A DNA stretch of 64,000 nucleotides from Candidatus Latescibacterota bacterium (GTDB lineage: Bacteria > Latescibacterota > UBA2968 > GCA-2709665), in contig CBDCOX010000002.1 in assembly GCA_965219995.1 (NCBI GenBank), positions 736,001-800,000 of the forward strand, written 5' to 3'. Position numbers and translations under genes: made by a program. The stretch's first letter is position 1. Each line of letters starts with the position of its first letter. A model generated the notes under the pieces. The model did not search any database and had not been told where the DNA came from. It was given only the letters and a program-made list of their open reading frames with translations. Below, piece after piece: positions 62,465 through 64,000 of the stretch.

Positions 62465-62494
62465 AAGTTACGAACTTTTTCCGGTTTGTGTCAA
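62465..62494 (-). promoter_or_regulatory. Putative promoter of the M23 gene
   Basis: Minus strand TTGACA-N18-TAACTT. Confidence 0.45.
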
Positions 62495-62714
62495 GGCAAA
62501 ACTCGATTGATACGCATCATCCGGGTAACCGGAACAAGGCCGTGTACGGGTGAATCGGGCATGCCTGCGGAAGCGCCGGAGGGGGTAGCAACAATCTCGC
62601 ATTCAGTCTCGCCTCCACCTGCCGCAACCGAGAGTCTTCGTGGTCGGATGCAGTATTCTGCACCAGCATCGCAAACAACCGGCAGTTGGAATTCAGATGG
62701 TAACACGACGCCTG

Positions 62715-64000
62715 TTAAGCTGACCTGATGTGGTCGATCACCTCGGCCTTGAGTGCCTCTCTCAGCAACGGGTTATCGACACAGAAGATACGTACGACCT
62801 TGGCCTGCGTCTCAAAATTGCCGATCAGATACTCCTTGAGCATGGAGACTTCCGGGTCGTCGAATTGGAGGGGGTCGGCTTTGTCGACAGGGATGTGGGA
62901 CCCGAAATAGACATTCAGGTTTACTTCGGGGCTCTTTCCAAGGCGGGGAATATCGATGAGAATTTCGTCGCCGTTCAGTCGGAGCCCGGTCTTCGTGCCG
63001 AACGCCCTGCACAGCTCAATTTCGAGCATGCGCCGGTCCGGCGGATGGTAATACAACCTTGCGAGTTTGGCCGCCAGTCCCTCTTCTCGCTCGTGAGGGA
63101 AGAAGACCCGGGCGACTTTATGGAGTTTTCGGCGTTTCAGACGGCCTATCATGCTGTTTCGTCGATCGACGCCCAGTCTGTCCATTTCCAGTTCCAGGCG
63201 ATGAATCAGGTCGGCTTCCGTCGCCCGGTTGAAGTCGCCTTCGCCAAGGCTGGACGCGTGATGGTGCAACAGGTCCTGGACGCCACGTTTGAACATTGCG
63301 TTGGCAGACCGCACCGCGTGGTGCCAGTAGACGTTTCGATACATCAGATAGCTGGTGAATACGAGGGCTTCCACCGCCGAAACACCCTTGTAGGTGATTG
63401 CGGGGCGTTGTCCCTTCGGATCGTACGTTATTGAGCCCAACAGGCGGTCGCGGTTGACGGATTCTCCGAACGGCACACCGCAGTAGCGCGCGTCTCTCAG
63501 CAGGTAGTCGATTTTGTCCGGATCGAGTGTACCGCTCAGAATGTGCGCCAGGCGCAGATCCTCATCGGGGATGGACACGTTTCGGTTGCGATAGTCAATC
63601 ACGTTCGCCACGCGAAGGGGGTCCGTCTCCGTCTGTATCAGGGCGCGGTTGACCTCCGTAGAGGCGTCGAGGATGATCTGCCGGCCGCGCTCCTCGTGAT
63701 CGGAGAAAAACATCTGCATTTCTTCGAGCACATGGCAGAACGGGTAGTGCCCGATGTCGTGCAGGAGGCTGGCTGCCAGCAGGACCCGTGCATCTTCGAT
63801 CGTGACGTCCAGGGGCGGATCCGCCAGGACAAGCCGGCGCAGAAACTGCCCTGTTATGTGAAAGACTCCCAGAGAATGTTCGAACCGGGAATGGCGCGCG
63901 CCGGGATACACGAGAAGTACATGGCCAAGTTGCGAGATGTCCCGGAGGCGCTGGAATTCCTCGGCGTCAACGAGTGGAACCAGATCGTGGGGAATGTGGA
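62715..64000 (-). CDS. HD-domain phosphohydrolase (SAMHD1/dNTPase-like), 5' end beyond the window
   Basis: FQRLRDISQLG, HSRFEHSLG, LLHDIGH, DPDKIDYLLRD. The frame stays open to the window edge. Confidence 0.9.
   Translation of the reverse strand, partial: HIPHDLVPLVDAEEFQRLRDISQLGHVLLVYPGARHSRFEHSLGVFHITGQFLRRLVLADPPLDVTIEDARVLLAASLLHDIGHYPFCHVLEEMQMFFSDHEERGRQIILDASTEVNRALIQTETDPLRVANVIDYRNRNVSIPDEDLRLAHILSGTLDPDKIDYLLRDARYCGVPFGESVNRDRLLGSITYDPKGQRPAITYKGVSAVEALVFTSYLMYRNVYWHHAVRSANAMFKRGVQDLLHHHASSLGEGDFNRATEADLIHRLELEMDRLGVDRRNSMIGRLKRRKLHKVARVFFPHEREEGLAAKLARLYYHPPDRRMLEIELCRAFGTKTGLRLNGDEILIDIPRLGKSPEVNLNVYFGSHIPVDKADPLQFDDPEVSMLKEYLIGNFETQAKVVRIFCVDNPLLREALKAEVIDHIRSA

Noticed and set aside
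62491-62706. 71-aa ORF or ncRNA between the M23 and HD genes
   Set aside because: No recognisable motif, RBS or convincing structure.

Overview
GC-rich bacterial chromosomal segment, densely coding. Inferred lineage: FCB group, Latescibacterota/Gemmatimonadota-like, based on SprA, a DUF6785/6784-type membrane protein and the complex I subunit style. Left to right it holds: TonB, DUF971, aldo/keto reductase, Kelch lipoprotein, a DUF6785/6784 protein, a NitT/TauT ABC transporter split across strands with a LecA-like gene, putative glycoside hydrolases, a GGT-aspC-DUF3604-SDR-GNAT run, a phosphosugar mutase and ytfI/ytfJ-like genes with an ATP-grasp enzyme. The centre has an extended suf operon (sufBCDSUT-rrf2-nuoB-nfuA-radical SAM) divergent from an 11-subunit complex I operon lacking nuoEFG. 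The right side has a PqqD/RRE gene pair, lexA, dprA, obgE, coaD, a PilM-like gene, comEA, sprA, lptFG, an M23 peptidase and a truncated HD hydrolase. The strongest hidden signal is the radical SAM gene: it continues through an in-frame TGA (WYC-U-AEP) followed by a SECIS-like hairpin, so it is a probable selenoprotein mis-terminated by the ORF track. It ends an Fe-S operon that also carries an orphan nuoB and faces an ATP-grasp gene. Also seen: a GAAC-N4-GTTC SOS box in the lexA promoter, a 34-bp dispersed palindromic repeat, and a structured promoter-proximal RNA upstream of tonB. No tRNA, rRNA, CRISPR array or transposase was recognised. All family calls come from motif recognition by eye, not database searches.
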